Source: Bdellovibrionota bacterium (GTDB taxonomy: Bacteria > Bdellovibrionota_G > JALEGL01 > DATDPG01). From it: DNA of 64,000 bases. The translations under genes and the position numbers were made by a program. The notes beneath the pieces were generated by a model. The model was not told the origin of the DNA. It ran no database searches and saw only the letters and a list, made by a program, of their open reading frames with translations. The stretch lies in NCBI GenBank assembly GCA_963668355.1, contig OY764265.1, forward strand, positions 2,144,001 to 2,208,000, in the 5' to 3' direction. Below, one piece after another: positions 9,157-20,528 of the stretch. Each line of letters opens with the position of its first letter. The stretch's first letter is position 1.

Positions 9157-10935
9157 ATGCCAATGTCTTCAAAGTTTAATTTGAAGCATTTTCGAAATCT
9201 TCTTCCCTATCTCGGACTCTGGTTTCTGGTTGTTGGCGTGTTTTGGCCGTGTCGAAATTTTTCGTTTTTGAATTGGGACGATCCCATGATTTTGACATTG
9301 CATCCCTGGTATTCCCCGTTGAACGCGCGACACCTTTTGGAAATGTGGAATCCCTTTTCTCTCCTGGAAGGAAAGGCCGTCGCTTTTTCTCCTCTTCGAG
9401 ACATGAGTTATGCCTTGGACTACTGGCTTTGGGGAGGACTCTCCAGCAAAGGATTTCATCTCTCGAATGTTTTTCTTCATGCCACCAATGCCTTGCTGGC
9501 TTTTTGGGTGGCGACGCGGTTTCTTCCCAAAACACTGGCTTGGTTGACCGCCTTGCTTTGGGCTTGCCATCCGATGGTCGTCGAGCCCGTGGCTTGGGTT
9601 TCTTCGCGCAAAGATCTTCTCATGACGACCTTTGCCTTGGCGGGTCTCGCTTTTCTTTGTCAGAAGAAGCACCTTCACTATTTGGCCTTCGGGGTGGCGT
9701 CGATTTTCAGTAAATATGTTGGGTTGGTCTTGGGAATTTGGGGGCTTCTCCCTTCGTTTTCGAAAGGACATAAAAAAATCCGATGGGTCGGTTTGGCACT
9801 TCTGGTTTTAGGTGGGGGGATTGTGGGCTTTGCCATCTGGGCAAATCTAAAAAACAATCTTGTGATCACGGCCAATGAGGCTTCAGATTGGTGGAAAAAT
9901 TGGCCAGCGGCCTTTCAAGTCTTTCCCCATTATCTTTCCAAGGCCCTGTGGCCGGTTTCGTTATCGGCACGTTATGTTCAACAACCGTCTCTTGGGTGGG
10001 GCAGTTTTGATGTTTGGTTTGGCATATGCATCGTTGTGGGATGGGGGACCGCTTTGTGGAAGGCAAATCTTCCGAAGGGGGCTCGAATTGGACTTCTCAT
10101 TTTGGGGACGGCCCTTTTTCCTTATCTCCCGATTGTGCCGACCAATATTTGGATGGCGGATCGATATTTTTACTTGCCGTTATTTGGTTTGATTGTAGTG
10201 CTTGTGTCGTTTTTGAATCTCTGGGGAGAAAAATATAAATTCGCCATCATTTTTTTTGGTGTCTGTCTTGGAATGCTTTCCGTCACTGCGACTGTTCATC
10301 GACTTCCCGTTTGGAAAAGTTCTCTCGCACTATGGGGAGATACGGCTGAGCGTTCTCCGGAATTGTATTACGTATGGAGCAATTTGGCGGAGGCTCAGAA
10401 AGAATCTGGGGACTATCGGGGAGCTGAACACTCGTTTCGACAGGCAATCAGCTTGGCTCCACATTGGATCAAAGGTTCTTTGTTGTTAGGCTCTCTATAT
10501 GCCTTCTCAGGCAAACCCGATCGAGCAGCGACGTTGGTCAAAAAGTTTGAGACCAAAGCTTCCAAGCAAGAGCTTCAAGCCTCTCTCTCTGCACGCGGAA
10601 AAGTGTGGGCCCAATTGAAGGCGTTTGAAAAAGCTGAGCCGCTTCTCAAACAGGCTCTCGAACGTGGGCAGGATGTTCCTTTGACGATGGTGAACTTAGG
10701 AACGCTCTACATGCATACGGAGCGACCCGAAGAAGCTTTGAACATTTGGAGACGGGCGGGACAATTGCGTCCAGGATTGCCTGGGGCGCATTTGAATTTG
10801 GCGCGGTATTTTTTCTTGGAGAAAAATTGTCCGTCCATGAATCGCGAATTGAATTCGATGCGAGAAGCTTCCCTTAAAGAGCAAAGGGACGCCGTTTGGT
10901 TACGAAAACACTGTACGTTTTCAAAGGCGGACTAA
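9157..10935 (+). CDS. TMTC-like GT-C membrane glycosyltransferase with C-terminal TPRs
   Basis: NWDD di-acidic loop, SPLRDMSY (RP-like), FHLSNVFLH, HPMVVEPVAWVSSRKDLL and ADRYFYLP motifs, then TPRs. Confidence 0.8.
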   Translation: MPMSSKFNLKHFRNLLPYLGLWFLVVGVFWPCRNFSFLNWDDPMILTLHPWYSPLNARHLLEMWNPFSLLEGKAVAFSPLRDMSYALDYWLWGGLSSKGFHLSNVFLHATNALLAFWVATRFLPKTLAWLTALLWACHPMVVEPVAWVSSRKDLLMTTFALAGLAFLCQKKHLHYLAFGVASIFSKYVGLVLGIWGLLPSFSKGHKKIRWVGLALLVLGGGIVGFAIWANLKNNLVITANEASDWWKNWPAAFQVFPHYLSKALWPVSLSARYVQQPSLGWGSFDVWFGICIVVGWGTALWKANLPKGARIGLLILGTALFPYLPIVPTNIWMADRYFYLPLFGLIVVLVSFLNLWGEKYKFAIIFFGVCLGMLSVTATVHRLPVWKSSLALWGDTAERSPELYYVWSNLAEAQKESGDYRGAEHSFRQAISLAPHWIKGSLLLGSLYAFSGKPDRAATLVKKFETKASKQELQASLSARGKVWAQLKAFEKAEPLLKQALERGQDVPLTMVNLGTLYMHTERPEEALNIWRRAGQLRPGLPGAHLNLARYFFLEKNCPSMNRELNSMREASLKEQRDAVWLRKHCTFSKAD

Positions 10936-11498
10936 CTCAATCCTTTGTAGCTATCTAAGACTTTCTGGATGTCTTGAAGCTTTTTCTCAAGCTGTTCGGC
11001 TTTTCCATCTCCCGCACTTCCACCTTTGATTTCTTTGGCTAGGTTCAAGGCTTCTTTTTGAGATTCTTGGATGGATTGAATGTCTGAACTCCAGGCCGAA
11101 ATGACTTCGTTCATTCCGTCTTGAACATCGATGAGATAATCCCATTTTCGAAATCTTAAGCGAGCATCCAGTTTTCGATCTCTCAAGTATCCAATCACGC
11201 GGTTTAATTGATGAGCCGGACCGACAATGTGATGACTAAAGAGGATGCTGACAACTCCAATGAAAATGGCCAAAAACACGAAAAGAGGCCATTTCCCAGC
11301 ATTCAATTGCACCAGTTCTTTGGCAATGGCCTGGTGGTCCGCAGCGCTATATTGGCTGAACATTTCGACAAACGGAGGCGCAAACAAGATCAAGGCAATC
11401 AAGGCCACAAGAAGGATGGCGTGTAGCACGACCTCTAAGGCGATGGAGATTTGAGCCCAACTATTAATGAACTTATGCGTACGACGTTCTGATGACAT
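10932..11498 (-). CDS. Hypothetical two-TM membrane protein with HAMP-like/coiled-coil C-terminus
   Basis: Two TM helices followed by SHHIVGP...LRFRKWD, typical of HAMP-like proteins; RBS GGAGAAG upstream of the ATG at 11498. Confidence 0.7.
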   Translation of the reverse strand: MSSERRTHKFINSWAQISIALEVVLHAILLVALIALILFAPPFVEMFSQYSAADHQAIAKELVQLNAGKWPLFVFLAIFIGVVSILFSHHIVGPAHQLNRVIGYLRDRKLDARLRFRKWDYLIDVQDGMNEVISAWSSDIQSIQESQKEALNLAKEIKGGSAGDGKAEQLEKKLQDIQKVLDSYKGLS

Positions 11499-11656
11499 GT
11501 CTTCTCCTTGCGTCTTTATGTTCCATAAAAGCCTAACCCAGTTCTTTTCTTTTCGCCAAATTCTCAAGCACTTACAGAAACAGGCACATGTTAAAAAATT
11601 GAACAAAAGACTACGCAAAAATTGCGAGGTTTAAACGGTCTGGTAGTGTGAAGAAA

Positions 11657-13060
11657 ATGGCTAAAGGAAATGTGCTCATTGTGGATCGGGACATCGACCT
11701 CAAAAAGGGGTTGATGGTGCAGTTGAAGAAAGCTGGATTTGGCGTGAAAGAGGTGTCTACGGCCGCTGCGGCATTGGAGGCTTTGGACCAACACGAATTT
11801 GAAGCCATCTGTACCGAGTTAGGATTGGAAGATGTGGAAGGCGTGGAGTGGGTTTCCCAGTTGAAAGGAAAGAAGCAAGACCTTCCCATTTTTATCATGG
11901 CGCCTCTCAGTAAGCCAGAAGCCGCTTTGGATGTCATTAAGGCAGGGGCCTACGATTTTTTGCCCAAGCCGTTTGACCCGGAGGAGCTCATCTTAAAGCT
12001 TCGCGTTGGGCTGGAGAGAGAGAAAGCTCGGCGAAAATCCATCCGAGGAGATGTGGGAAATGTGGAAGGGCATGAGTTCTCCAGCATTGTCGCGAAAAGT
12101 CCTCAGATGAATGAAATTTTCAGCACCATTCGTAAAATTTCCGAATATAAAACGACGTGCCTGCTCATGGGGGAAAGTGGAACCGGAAAAGAGTTGGTGG
12201 CGCGCGCCATTCATGTGAATAGTTCCCGGAGAGATAGGCCTTTCATCACGGTCAACTGCGGGGCCATTCCGGAGAATTTGCTGGAAAGTGAATTGTTTGG
12301 ACACATCAAAGGGGCTTTTACGGGCGCCGTAAAATCGAAAAAAGGACTCTTTGAAGAAGCTCACAACGGTACACTTTTCTTGGATGAAATTGGGGAGTTG
12401 CCTCTGATTCTTCAAGTAAAACTTCTTCGGGCTCTCCAAGAAGAAGAAATCAGACGTGTGGGAGAAGCCAACTCCATTAAAGTCAATGTTCGAATCATTG
12501 CCGCCACCGTTCGGGATTTAGCCCGAGAAGTCGAACAGGGCACCTTCCGAGAAGACTTGTACTATCGCTTGCACGTATTGCCGATTTTCTTGCCTCCACT
12601 TCGGGATCGCACGGAAGATATCCCCATTCTCGTGAATCACTTCATCGACAAATACAATCGCAAACTTTCTTCCCAAGTGGATGAAGTCGATCCAAAAGTC
12701 ATGAAGCGTCTCATGGATCATGATTGGCCGGGAAATGTTCGTGAATTGGAAAATACGATCGAACGGGCCATGGTGCTGACATCGGGTTCTCGCATTCGCT
12801 TTGAAGATCTTCCCCTTGCTTTGAGAGAGTCGGTCGTTGGAGACAGCGGGGCCTTACGTTTTTCTGCCGATGAACTGTCCATTAAAAAAATGGGACGCAT
12901 GATGGAAGAGGAGTTGATTTCGAAAGCTCTGGCGCGATCTCAAGGAAATCGGACGAAGGCAGCAAAGTTATTGGAAATCAGTCATCGCGCGCTGCTCTAT
13001 AAGATCAAACGGTATAAGTTGGATGATTCTTCTCGTTCTTCGACGGATTCGGGAAGTTGA
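11657..13060 (+). CDS. NtrC-family sigma-54 enhancer-binding protein with an atypical receiver domain
   Basis: GESGTGKE, GAFTGA, LFLDEIGE, WPGNVREL and a Fis HTH. The receiver has E at the phospho-Asp position. Confidence 0.9.
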   Translation: MAKGNVLIVDRDIDLKKGLMVQLKKAGFGVKEVSTAAAALEALDQHEFEAICTELGLEDVEGVEWVSQLKGKKQDLPIFIMAPLSKPEAALDVIKAGAYDFLPKPFDPEELILKLRVGLEREKARRKSIRGDVGNVEGHEFSSIVAKSPQMNEIFSTIRKISEYKTTCLLMGESGTGKELVARAIHVNSSRRDRPFITVNCGAIPENLLESELFGHIKGAFTGAVKSKKGLFEEAHNGTLFLDEIGELPLILQVKLLRALQEEEIRRVGEANSIKVNVRIIAATVRDLAREVEQGTFREDLYYRLHVLPIFLPPLRDRTEDIPILVNHFIDKYNRKLSSQVDEVDPKVMKRLMDHDWPGNVRELENTIERAMVLTSGSRIRFEDLPLALRESVVGDSGALRFSADELSIKKMGRMMEEELISKALARSQGNRTKAAKLLEISHRALLYKIKRYKLDDSSRSSTDSGS

Positions 13061-13118
13061 TGCAATTCAACGAAATCATGTATAATCACTTTTTAACCCA
13101 TTGAATTTAAAGGAAAAC

Positions 13119-13790
13119 ATGAGGAACACGTCTTCTTCCGGTTTTACGTTGGTTGAAATCATGGTGGCCATGGTGGTGTTGGCCATTGGTTTGTTGGGGA
13201 TGGCAGCCATGACCGTCATGGTGATGAGAGGAAGTAAGGGAGCCAGTGATCTCACCTCGGCGACCAATATTTGCCAACTCAAAATTGAAGAATTGAAAGA
13301 TGTTGAGTTCTCCGATCTGGGTGAAAAAGAAGATGGGGTTGATACAGACGACGAGCTGATTCAGTTCGGTTCAAAATTCGGAAAAATGATTGAGGAAGCG
13401 GGGTTGAATGCCCAGGGCAAGACGAAGCAAGACTTGATTGATGAAGGCCTTTCCGCCGATGAGGCCGATGACCAAGGGCCTTTCAAGTTTCGACGTACCT
13501 TTGTGATCTGCAAATCCAGTGATTTCGATGATTCAACGGAAACATACAATTATTCCATCGGTCCCGTGTCTTTGCCTGCTGTGGACGAACCTCGTGCGGC
13601 GCCGGACTGTCGAGTGAACCCCATTTTGGAAAACACCCGTGTGCAATCCTTGATGTGTGAACCCAATGATATTGCCTTGGGGTATGGTTTGGATTCCGAA
13701 AAGAAGATCAAGGTTCTTTGCACGTGGACGGATCGAACGGGACAGTGTCACTCCGTACATTTGGACACTACGGTTGTTGATTTGAATTAA
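13119..13790 (+). CDS. PilV-like minor pilin / pseudopilin
   Basis: G|FTLVEIMVAMVVLAIGLLGMAAM prepilin motif and KIEELK segment; RBS AGGAA. Confidence 0.8.
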   Translation: MRNTSSSGFTLVEIMVAMVVLAIGLLGMAAMTVMVMRGSKGASDLTSATNICQLKIEELKDVEFSDLGEKEDGVDTDDELIQFGSKFGKMIEEAGLNAQGKTKQDLIDEGLSADEADDQGPFKFRRTFVICKSSDFDDSTETYNYSIGPVSLPAVDEPRAAPDCRVNPILENTRVQSLMCEPNDIALGYGLDSEKKIKVLCTWTDRTGQCHSVHLDTTVVDLN

Positions 13791-13854
13791 GCTAGATTCG
13801 ATATCTTATTAAAATCATAGACTTATTTACGTTTTTTAGCCACAAGGGATCCGT

Positions 13855-13883
13855 TTGGCAATTGGGGTGGTCAGTGGTATAAG
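13855..13883 (+). promoter_or_regulatory. Putative sigma-70 promoter of the icd operon
   Basis: TTGGCA-N17-TATAAG with an extended TG, 44 bp upstream of the icd ATG. Confidence 0.5.
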
Positions 13884-13926
13884 CCCCCGTTCTGATTGGA
13901 TTCTGATCTTCGAGGAGAGCATTTGA

Positions 13927-15186
13927 ATGAAGTTTGACAAAGTCACTCCCGATCCGAAGGGGCAAGTGATTGACGTAACTCAAACGGGGGAAGTTCGAAC
14001 CCCGGATTTTCCGATCATTCCGTTCATCGAAGGCGATGGAGTGGGGGCGGATATTTGGCGTGCCGCCAGGCCTGTCTTTGAGGCGGCCGTGGAGAAAGCC
14101 TTCTCGGGAAAACGAAAGGTTTCTTGGTTCGAAGTCTTTGCGGGCGAAAAAGCACAGTCCGCTTACAACGAACTCATTCCTGAAGATACCTTGAATGCGA
14201 TTCGCCATTACCATGTTGCGATCAAGGGTCCCCTGATGACACCGGTGGGAGGTGGCTTTCGAAGTCTTAACGTGACGCTGAGACAGATTTTTGACCTTTA
14301 TGCCTGTGTTCGGCCAGTGAAGTATTTTGAAGGCGTGCCAGCTCCTGTCAAACATCCGGAAAAGATTGATACGGTGGTTTTCCGAGAAAACACCGAAGAT
14401 GTTTATGCTGGAATTGAATGGCGTGCGGGAACTCCTGAGAATCAGAAGCTCACGGACTTCCTAAAAAGGGAATTGGGGGCAGAGATTCGAGAAGGAAGTG
14501 GGATTGGAATCAAACCCATCAGCTTAGTGGGTTCCAAGCGCTTGATCCGCAAGGCCATCGAATATGCCCTTCAAAATGGAAAGCGCTCCGTGACGTTGGT
14601 GCATAAGGGAAACATCCAAAAATACACCGAAGGAGCTTTTCGCGATTGGGGCTATGAATTGGCCCGAGAAGAATTTACGAATCAAACGGTAACCGAAAAA
14701 GAAGTTTGGGAGAAACATCAGGGGAGGCTTCCCGAGGGGAAAATCCTGATTCGGGATCGAATCGCCGATGCCATGTTTTTGGAACTCTTGATGAGGCCCG
14801 AGCAGTACGAAGTCATTGCCACCACCAACCTGAACGGGGATTATCTTTCAGACGCGTTGGTGGCGCAGGTCGGAGGCTTGGGACTGGCCCCAGGGGCAAA
14901 CCTCGGAACGCATCATGCCATTTTTGAAGCGACGCATGGGACGGCCCCGACCATTGCCGGTCAGGACAAAGCCAATCCTGGATCGTTGATTCTTTCAGGG
15001 GCTCTCATGTTTGAGTTCTTGGGATGGCCGGAGGTCGCCCGGATCATCGTTTCAAGTCTGGGAAGTACCATTCGTCAGGGGCGGGTGACCGAAGATTTAA
15101 GTCAAGAGATGGAAGCTTCCACGCGTTTGAGTTGTTCCGAATTCGGCCAAGCCGTGGTGGAGAACATAAAAGAGGAGCTTGAATGA
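13927..15186 (+). CDS. icd: NADP-dependent isocitrate dehydrogenase
   Basis: [33 protein letters not shown] and EATHGTAP motifs. Confidence 0.95.
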   Translation: MKFDKVTPDPKGQVIDVTQTGEVRTPDFPIIPFIEGDGVGADIWRAARPVFEAAVEKAFSGKRKVSWFEVFAGEKAQSAYNELIPEDTLNAIRHYHVAIKGPLMTPVGGGFRSLNVTLRQIFDLYACVRPVKYFEGVPAPVKHPEKIDTVVFRENTEDVYAGIEWRAGTPENQKLTDFLKRELGAEIREGSGIGIKPISLVGSKRLIRKAIEYALQNGKRSVTLVHKGNIQKYTEGAFRDWGYELAREEFTNQTVTEKEVWEKHQGRLPEGKILIRDRIADAMFLELLMRPEQYEVIATTNLNGDYLSDALVAQVGGLGLAPGANLGTHHAIFEATHGTAPTIAGQDKANPGSLILSGALMFEFLGWPEVARIIVSSLGSTIRQGRVTEDLSQEMEASTRLSCSEFGQAVVENIKEELE

Positions 15187-16133
15187 TTAAGAAAAGAAGA
15201 AAAATAACCATTGTGGGTGCTGGAAACGTCGGATCCACGGCCGCTTTGTGGGCTGCTTTGAAGGCATTGGGTGATGTTGTTTTGGTGGACGTGGTGGAAG
15301 GTCTTCCACAAGGAAAAGCCTTGGATTTGCGTCAGGCGGCTCCCATCGGTGGATTTGACGTGAATATCTGTGGAACACAGAACTATAAAGATACAGCGGA
15401 CTCGGACATCGTCATCATTACGGCCGGTGTGGCTCGCAAGCCAGGAATGAAGCGAGAAGATTTGATCAAAATCAATGCAGGCATTGTGAAGAAGGTAACG
15501 GAAGAGTCCATCAAGTATTCTCCCAATGCTCATCTCTTGGTGGTTTCCAATCCCTTAGACGTCATGGTGTACACGGCGTATAAGACGGCGGGGCTCCCAC
15601 GAGAGCGTGTATATGGAATGGCGGGCGTTTTGGACACCACCCGTTTTCGAACATTATTGGCAGAAGCTTTGAATTGTTCTGTGGATGATGTGGTGGCTTG
15701 TGTATTGGGAACGCACGGAGAGACCATGGTTCCTTTGCCACGCTATTCAACGATGGCAGGAATTCCCATCACGAAACTGTTATCCAGACAGAAAATCAAT
15801 GAAATCATTGAGCGTACGCGAGATGGAGGCGCCGAAATCGTTCGGTTCTTAAAAACCGGTTCGGCTTTTTATGCCCCTTCGGCCTCTGTGATTGAAATGG
15901 CAGAGTCTGTTCTGTATGACCAGAAACGGATTCTTCCTGCCTGCTCTTGGTTAGAGGGTGAGTATGGCCTGAGAGATGTATGTCTGGGCGTGCCCATTCG
16001 CCTTGGTGGTGCCGGCGTGGAAGAGGTCATTGAAATCGAATTGGAACCGGATGAAAGAGAGTCCTTGCATAAAGCGGCGGATGCCGTCAAAGGCATGATG
16101 AGAGAAGCCGATAAATTTTTGAAAGAGAAATGA
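15183..16133 (+). CDS. mdh: Malate dehydrogenase (LDH-like)
   Basis: [26 protein letters not shown] and GTHG motifs. Confidence 0.95.
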   Translation: MIKKRRKITIVGAGNVGSTAALWAALKALGDVVLVDVVEGLPQGKALDLRQAAPIGGFDVNICGTQNYKDTADSDIVIITAGVARKPGMKREDLIKINAGIVKKVTEESIKYSPNAHLLVVSNPLDVMVYTAYKTAGLPRERVYGMAGVLDTTRFRTLLAEALNCSVDDVVACVLGTHGETMVPLPRYSTMAGIPITKLLSRQKINEIIERTRDGGAEIVRFLKTGSAFYAPSASVIEMAESVLYDQKRILPACSWLEGEYGLRDVCLGVPIRLGGAGVEEVIEIELEPDERESLHKAADAVKGMMREADKFLKEK

Positions 16134-17305
16134 TGAAAGTTCACGAATATCAAGCCAAAGCGTTGTTTCGAGAATATGGGTTGCCAACCTTAAAAGGAGA
16201 ATTGGCGACCACTCCCCAAGAAGCCGAGTCCGCAGTCAAGCGCATGGGAACGGAAGGTCCTTGGGTGGTTAAGGCCCAGGTCCACGCCGGGGGTCGAGGA
16301 AAAGGGGGAGGAATCAAGCTTTCCAAGACTTTGCAAGAAGTGGTCGAAAATGCGGAGACGATTCTTTCCAAACCTTTGGTGACCCCTCAAACGGGTCCCG
16401 AGGGACGAGAGGTAAAGAAACTCCTCATTGAAGAAGGCTGCAATATTGCCGATGAATTGTATTTGGCGGCGGTCCTGGATCGAGAAACCAATTCCATTGC
16501 CGTAATGGCCAGCCGAGAAGGGGGTGTTGAAATCGAAGAAGTCGCGGCGAAGCATCCTGAGAAGATCATTAAAGTACATGTGGATGCGGCCGTGGGCATC
16601 ACGCCTTTCCAGTCTCGAACCCTTGCTTTTGGATTGGAGTTAAAGAAAGAACTTCATAAACCCTTTGCGAAGTTGTTGTCGGGTTTGATGCGTCTCTTTC
16701 TCGAAAAAGATTGCTCCTTGGCTGAAATCAATCCCTTAGTCATTACAAAAGAAAATGAATGGATTGCTTTGGATGCCAAAATTAATTTTGACGACAACGC
16801 GCTCTACCGCCATCCGGAAATCGCTGAATTGGCGGACACGAGTGAAGAGAACCCCATCGATGTAGAGGCCGCCAAATGGGACCTCAACTACATACATTTG
16901 GATGGAAACATCGGATGCATGGTTAACGGCGCCGGTTTGGCCATGGCCACGATGGATATCATTAAGTTGGCGGGCGGAGAACCCGCGAACTTTTTGGATG
17001 TCGGCGGCGGGGCTTCTTCGGAAATGGTTGCGGAAGCCTTTAAACTTTTGGTTCGTGACCCGAAAGTCAAAGGCATCCTCGTGAATATTTTTGGTGGAAT
17101 TCTTCGATGCGATGTTCTCGCTCAAGGAATTGTGGATGCCGCTCGACAGATGGAATTGAACATTCCTCTGGTGGTTCGTCTAGAAGGAACCAACGTTGAA
17201 GAGGGCCGAAAGATTCTTCAAAGCTCGGGATTGGAGATCCAAACGGCCACGGACATGGCGGAAGCCGCTAGCTTAGCCGTTCAAGCCGTTGGAGGAAAAA
17301 GCTGA
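16130..17305 (+). CDS. sucC: Succinyl-CoA synthetase beta subunit
   Basis: [31 protein letters not shown] and NIFGGI motifs. Confidence 0.97.
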   Translation: MMKVHEYQAKALFREYGLPTLKGELATTPQEAESAVKRMGTEGPWVVKAQVHAGGRGKGGGIKLSKTLQEVVENAETILSKPLVTPQTGPEGREVKKLLIEEGCNIADELYLAAVLDRETNSIAVMASREGGVEIEEVAAKHPEKIIKVHVDAAVGITPFQSRTLAFGLELKKELHKPFAKLLSGLMRLFLEKDCSLAEINPLVITKENEWIALDAKINFDDNALYRHPEIAELADTSEENPIDVEAAKWDLNYIHLDGNIGCMVNGAGLAMATMDIIKLAGGEPANFLDVGGGASSEMVAEAFKLLVRDPKVKGILVNIFGGILRCDVLAQGIVDAARQMELNIPLVVRLEGTNVEEGRKILQSSGLEIQTATDMAEAASLAVQAVGGKS

Positions 17306-18180
17306 TGTCGATTCTTGTGAATAAAGATTCAAATGTATTGGTGCAAGGAATCACAGGTTCCAATGGCCGTTTTCATGCGACCGCATGTTTGGAATACGGA
17401 ACCCGCATCGTGGCAGGGGTCACGCCCGGAAAGTCCGGACAAGAGGTAGAGGGAATTCCCGTCTACGATACTGTTGCCAAGGCTTGTGCAAGCCATCGAA
17501 TTGATGCAACGGCCATTTTTGTCCCTGCGGCCTTTGCGGCGGATGCAATTTATGAAGCGGCTGACTCCAATATTCCTCTCATTGTGTGCATCACAGAGGG
17601 AATTCCGACGTTGGATATGGCTCGTGTGAAACGACATTTGCAGGCCAAGGGCAGCCGATTGATTGGCCCCAACTGTCCGGGAATCATTACACCGGGAGGT
17701 GCCAAGATCGGAATCATGCCCGGATACATTCACCAACCCGGAAAAGTGGGCGTCATTTCCAGAAGTGGAACGTTGACGTATGAGGCCGTTCATCAACTGT
17801 CTGAGTTGGGTCTGGGACAATCGACCTGCATCGGAATCGGTGGAGATCCTATCGTAGGCTCTTTGTTTACTGATCTCATTCCTCTGTTCAATGAAGATCC
17901 GGATACGGAGGCCATTGTGATGATTGGTGAGATTGGCGGAACGGCAGAAGAAGATGCCGCGAAGTGGGTCAAAGAAAACGTGAAAAAACCCGTGATCGGA
18001 TTCATTGCGGGAATGACAGCTCCTCCGGGACGTCGGATGGGGCACGCGGGTGCAATTATTTCAGGTGGCAAAGGAACCGCTGCCGAAAAGAAAAAGGCCA
18101 TGAAGGAAGCCGGGATCCATGTTGTGGAAAGCCCAGCTGACATTGGCAAGACTGTATTACGTGTATTGAAAGGAAGTTAG
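17305..18180 (+). CDS. sucD: Succinyl-CoA synthetase alpha subunit
   Basis: [20 protein letters not shown] and RMGHAGA (phospho-His) motifs. Confidence 0.97.
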   Translation: MSILVNKDSNVLVQGITGSNGRFHATACLEYGTRIVAGVTPGKSGQEVEGIPVYDTVAKACASHRIDATAIFVPAAFAADAIYEAADSNIPLIVCITEGIPTLDMARVKRHLQAKGSRLIGPNCPGIITPGGAKIGIMPGYIHQPGKVGVISRSGTLTYEAVHQLSELGLGQSTCIGIGGDPIVGSLFTDLIPLFNEDPDTEAIVMIGEIGGTAEEDAAKWVKENVKKPVIGFIAGMTAPPGRRMGHAGAIISGGKGTAAEKKKAMKEAGIHVVESPADIGKTVLRVLKGS

Positions 18181-18188
18181 AAGTGGCA

Positions 18189-18617
18189 ATGGAACAAACA
18201 CTCTCGATTATTAAACCGGATGGCGTACGTAAACGACTCATTGGTGAAATTTTGGGTCGTTTTGAAAAAGCAGGGCTTCAGATTGCGGCCATGCAAATGA
18301 CGAATCTTTCCAAAAGAGAAGCAAAGGCTTTCTACGCGGTTCATCAAGAGAAACATTTTTTTGATAGCTTAACGGACTTCATGTCCTCCGGGCCCATCAT
18401 TGTGACCGTTCTTCGAGGCGAGAATGCCATTGCGAAGAACCGGGAACTGATGGGGGCGACAAACCCAAAAGAAGCCGCGGAAGGTACCATTCGAAGAGAT
18501 TTTGCGACGGAAGTCGAAAAAAACATCGTTCACGGTTCGGATGCTCCCGAGACGGCCGCAAAAGAGATTGGTTTCTTTTTTGACGAGTTGGCGGTTCTCC
18601 GTTCCAACCCGTTATAG
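18189..18617 (+). CDS. ndk: Nucleoside diphosphate kinase
   Basis: IIKPDG and NIVHGSD motifs. Confidence 0.97.
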   Translation: MEQTLSIIKPDGVRKRLIGEILGRFEKAGLQIAAMQMTNLSKREAKAFYAVHQEKHFFDSLTDFMSSGPIIVTVLRGENAIAKNRELMGATNPKEAAEGTIRRDFATEVEKNIVHGSDAPETAAKEIGFFFDELAVLRSNPL

Positions 18618-18619
18618 GT

Positions 18620-19651
18620 GTGACCAACCAAATCCCGATTCTTTCGTTGACGCTTGAGGAGTTGAAAGAAACTCTCAAGCCTATGGGGGAGTCTACCTAT
18701 CGAGCTGAGCAGATCTATGAATGGCTCTATCGGCATGGGGTTTCCTCGTTTTCCGAGATGACCAATCTGTCTGAGAGTTTGCGAGCCAAACTTCAGGATC
18801 ATTTCTTCTTAACGCCGCCCGTTTGTGAAGTGTTTGAATCCTCAGATGGAACCCGGAAATATCGCTTGAAATTGCAGGATGAAAAATCGGTGGAGATGGT
18901 GTGGCTGCCCGAAGAATCTCGAAACACACTGTGCATTTCGTCCCAAGTGGGATGTGCCTTGGCTTGTGCTTTTTGTGTCACGGGCAAAGTTGGTTTCCTC
19001 CGGAATTTGAACGTGGACGAAATCGTGCAGCAACTTCGTTCCGTCATCTTTGATGACCAAAGGCCGGTTTCAAATGTGGTGTTCATGGGAATGGGAGAAC
19101 CTTTGCTGAATATGGAAGCGGTTTTGAAAGCCATTCGCGTGTTCATCGAGCCCAAGGGATTGGCGATGGGAAAACGAAAGATCACGGTATCTACCGCAGG
19201 GATTGTCCCCAAAATTCGTCCCTTTTTGGAACGGGCCGGGGTGAAAATGGCCATTTCGTTGACCGGAGCATCGAATGCGAGTCGAGACCATTGGATGCCC
19301 ATCAATCAAAAGTACAATCTGGAAGATTTGGCTTCGGAACTTCGCAGGATTCCCATTAAAAAGGGACGCGTTTTCTTCTTTGAAGTCGTTTTGATGAAAG
19401 ATGAAAACGACTCAGAAGAGGAGGCCAGGCGTTTGGCAAAAGTCCTAAAGGGCATCCCCGCGCGGGTAAATTTAATTCCCTACAACGAAAATGGGGAATT
19501 CCCTCACTTGAAACGCCCTCCCATGGAGAGAGTGCAAGCGTTTCAAGATATCTTGATGAAAAACAAAATTCGTACGTTAATACGGAAAAATCGTGGAGAA
19601 GATGTCATGGCAGCATGTGGACAGCTTGCGGCTGGGCATCTAGAGAAATAG
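18620..19651 (+). CDS. rlmN: 23S rRNA m2A2503 / tRNA radical-SAM methyltransferase
   Basis: CISSQVGCALACAFC, MGMGEP and AACGQL motifs; follows ndk. Confidence 0.95.
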   Translation: MTNQIPILSLTLEELKETLKPMGESTYRAEQIYEWLYRHGVSSFSEMTNLSESLRAKLQDHFFLTPPVCEVFESSDGTRKYRLKLQDEKSVEMVWLPEESRNTLCISSQVGCALACAFCVTGKVGFLRNLNVDEIVQQLRSVIFDDQRPVSNVVFMGMGEPLLNMEAVLKAIRVFIEPKGLAMGKRKITVSTAGIVPKIRPFLERAGVKMAISLTGASNASRDHWMPINQKYNLEDLASELRRIPIKKGRVFFFEVVLMKDENDSEEEARRLAKVLKGIPARVNLIPYNENGEFPHLKRPPMERVQAFQDILMKNKIRTLIRKNRGEDVMAACGQLAAGHLEK

Positions 19652-19665
19652 GAAGGAAATTTCAA

Positions 19666-20526
19666 ATGGCAAAAGCGACATTGGGCATTATTGGTGGAAG
19701 TGGACTCTATGAACTGGAAGGGTTGAGCAATATTCAAAAACACAAATTGGATACGCCTTTTGGTTCTCCCTCCGATGAATACCTATCCGGAGATTTGGGA
19801 GATACGCATTTGGTTTTTCTTCCTCGTCATGGTCAGGGCCATTGGATTACTCCAAGCGAAATTAATTTTCGGGCCAATATTTGGGGGTTTAAAAAATTGG
19901 GTGTGGAATGGATCATGAGCGTGAGCGCCGTTGGAAGCCTTCGTGAAGATATTGAAAGAGGGGATATGGTGGTTCCCAATCAGTTTTTTGATCGAACGCG
20001 TGAACGAATTTCAACGTTCTTTGGAAACGGTTGTGTGGCCCATACGATGTTCGGAGATCCCGTCTGTGAAATTCTTCGGAAGAAAATTGTGGACGCTTCG
20101 AAGAGCGTAGGTGCGAAGACCCATGATGGTGGAACGTATGTCAATATGGAAGGGCCAGCCTTTTCGACCCGCGCCGAATCACTCTTCTATCGGACGATTG
20201 ACAACGCGGCTGTTATTGGAATGACCAATCTCCAAGAAGCCAAGTTGGCACGCGAAGCGGAAATTTCCTATGCCACGTTAGCTTTGGCGACGGACTATGA
20301 TTGTTGGCATCAATCCGAAGAAGATGTGAATGCGGATATGGTCGTTCAAGTCATGAAAAAGAATGTGGCAACGGCCAAGAAAATCTTGGTGGAAGTGGCT
20401 AAGAATGCACCGGAAGGACATAGTCCGTTTAAAGGCGCACTCAAATACGCCATCGTAACAGACCCCTCAAAAATTCCAGCAGAGACCCGAGAGAAGTTGA
20501 ATCTTCTCATTGGTCCCTACGTGTAG
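19666..20526 (+). CDS. mtnP: S-methyl-5'-thioadenosine phosphorylase
   Basis: GIIGGSG, PRHG, EGPAFSTRAES, GMT and TDYDCW motifs. Confidence 0.92.
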   Translation: MAKATLGIIGGSGLYELEGLSNIQKHKLDTPFGSPSDEYLSGDLGDTHLVFLPRHGQGHWITPSEINFRANIWGFKKLGVEWIMSVSAVGSLREDIERGDMVVPNQFFDRTRERISTFFGNGCVAHTMFGDPVCEILRKKIVDASKSVGAKTHDGGTYVNMEGPAFSTRAESLFYRTIDNAAVIGMTNLQEAKLAREAEISYATLALATDYDCWHQSEEDVNADMVVQVMKKNVATAKKILVEVAKNAPEGHSPFKGALKYAIVTDPSKIPAETREKLNLLIGPYV

Positions 20527-20528
20527 AA

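Noticed and set aside
13927..20526. icd-mdh-sucCD-ndk-rlmN-mtnP cluster
   Set aside because: Ordinary housekeeping operon with nothing unusual.
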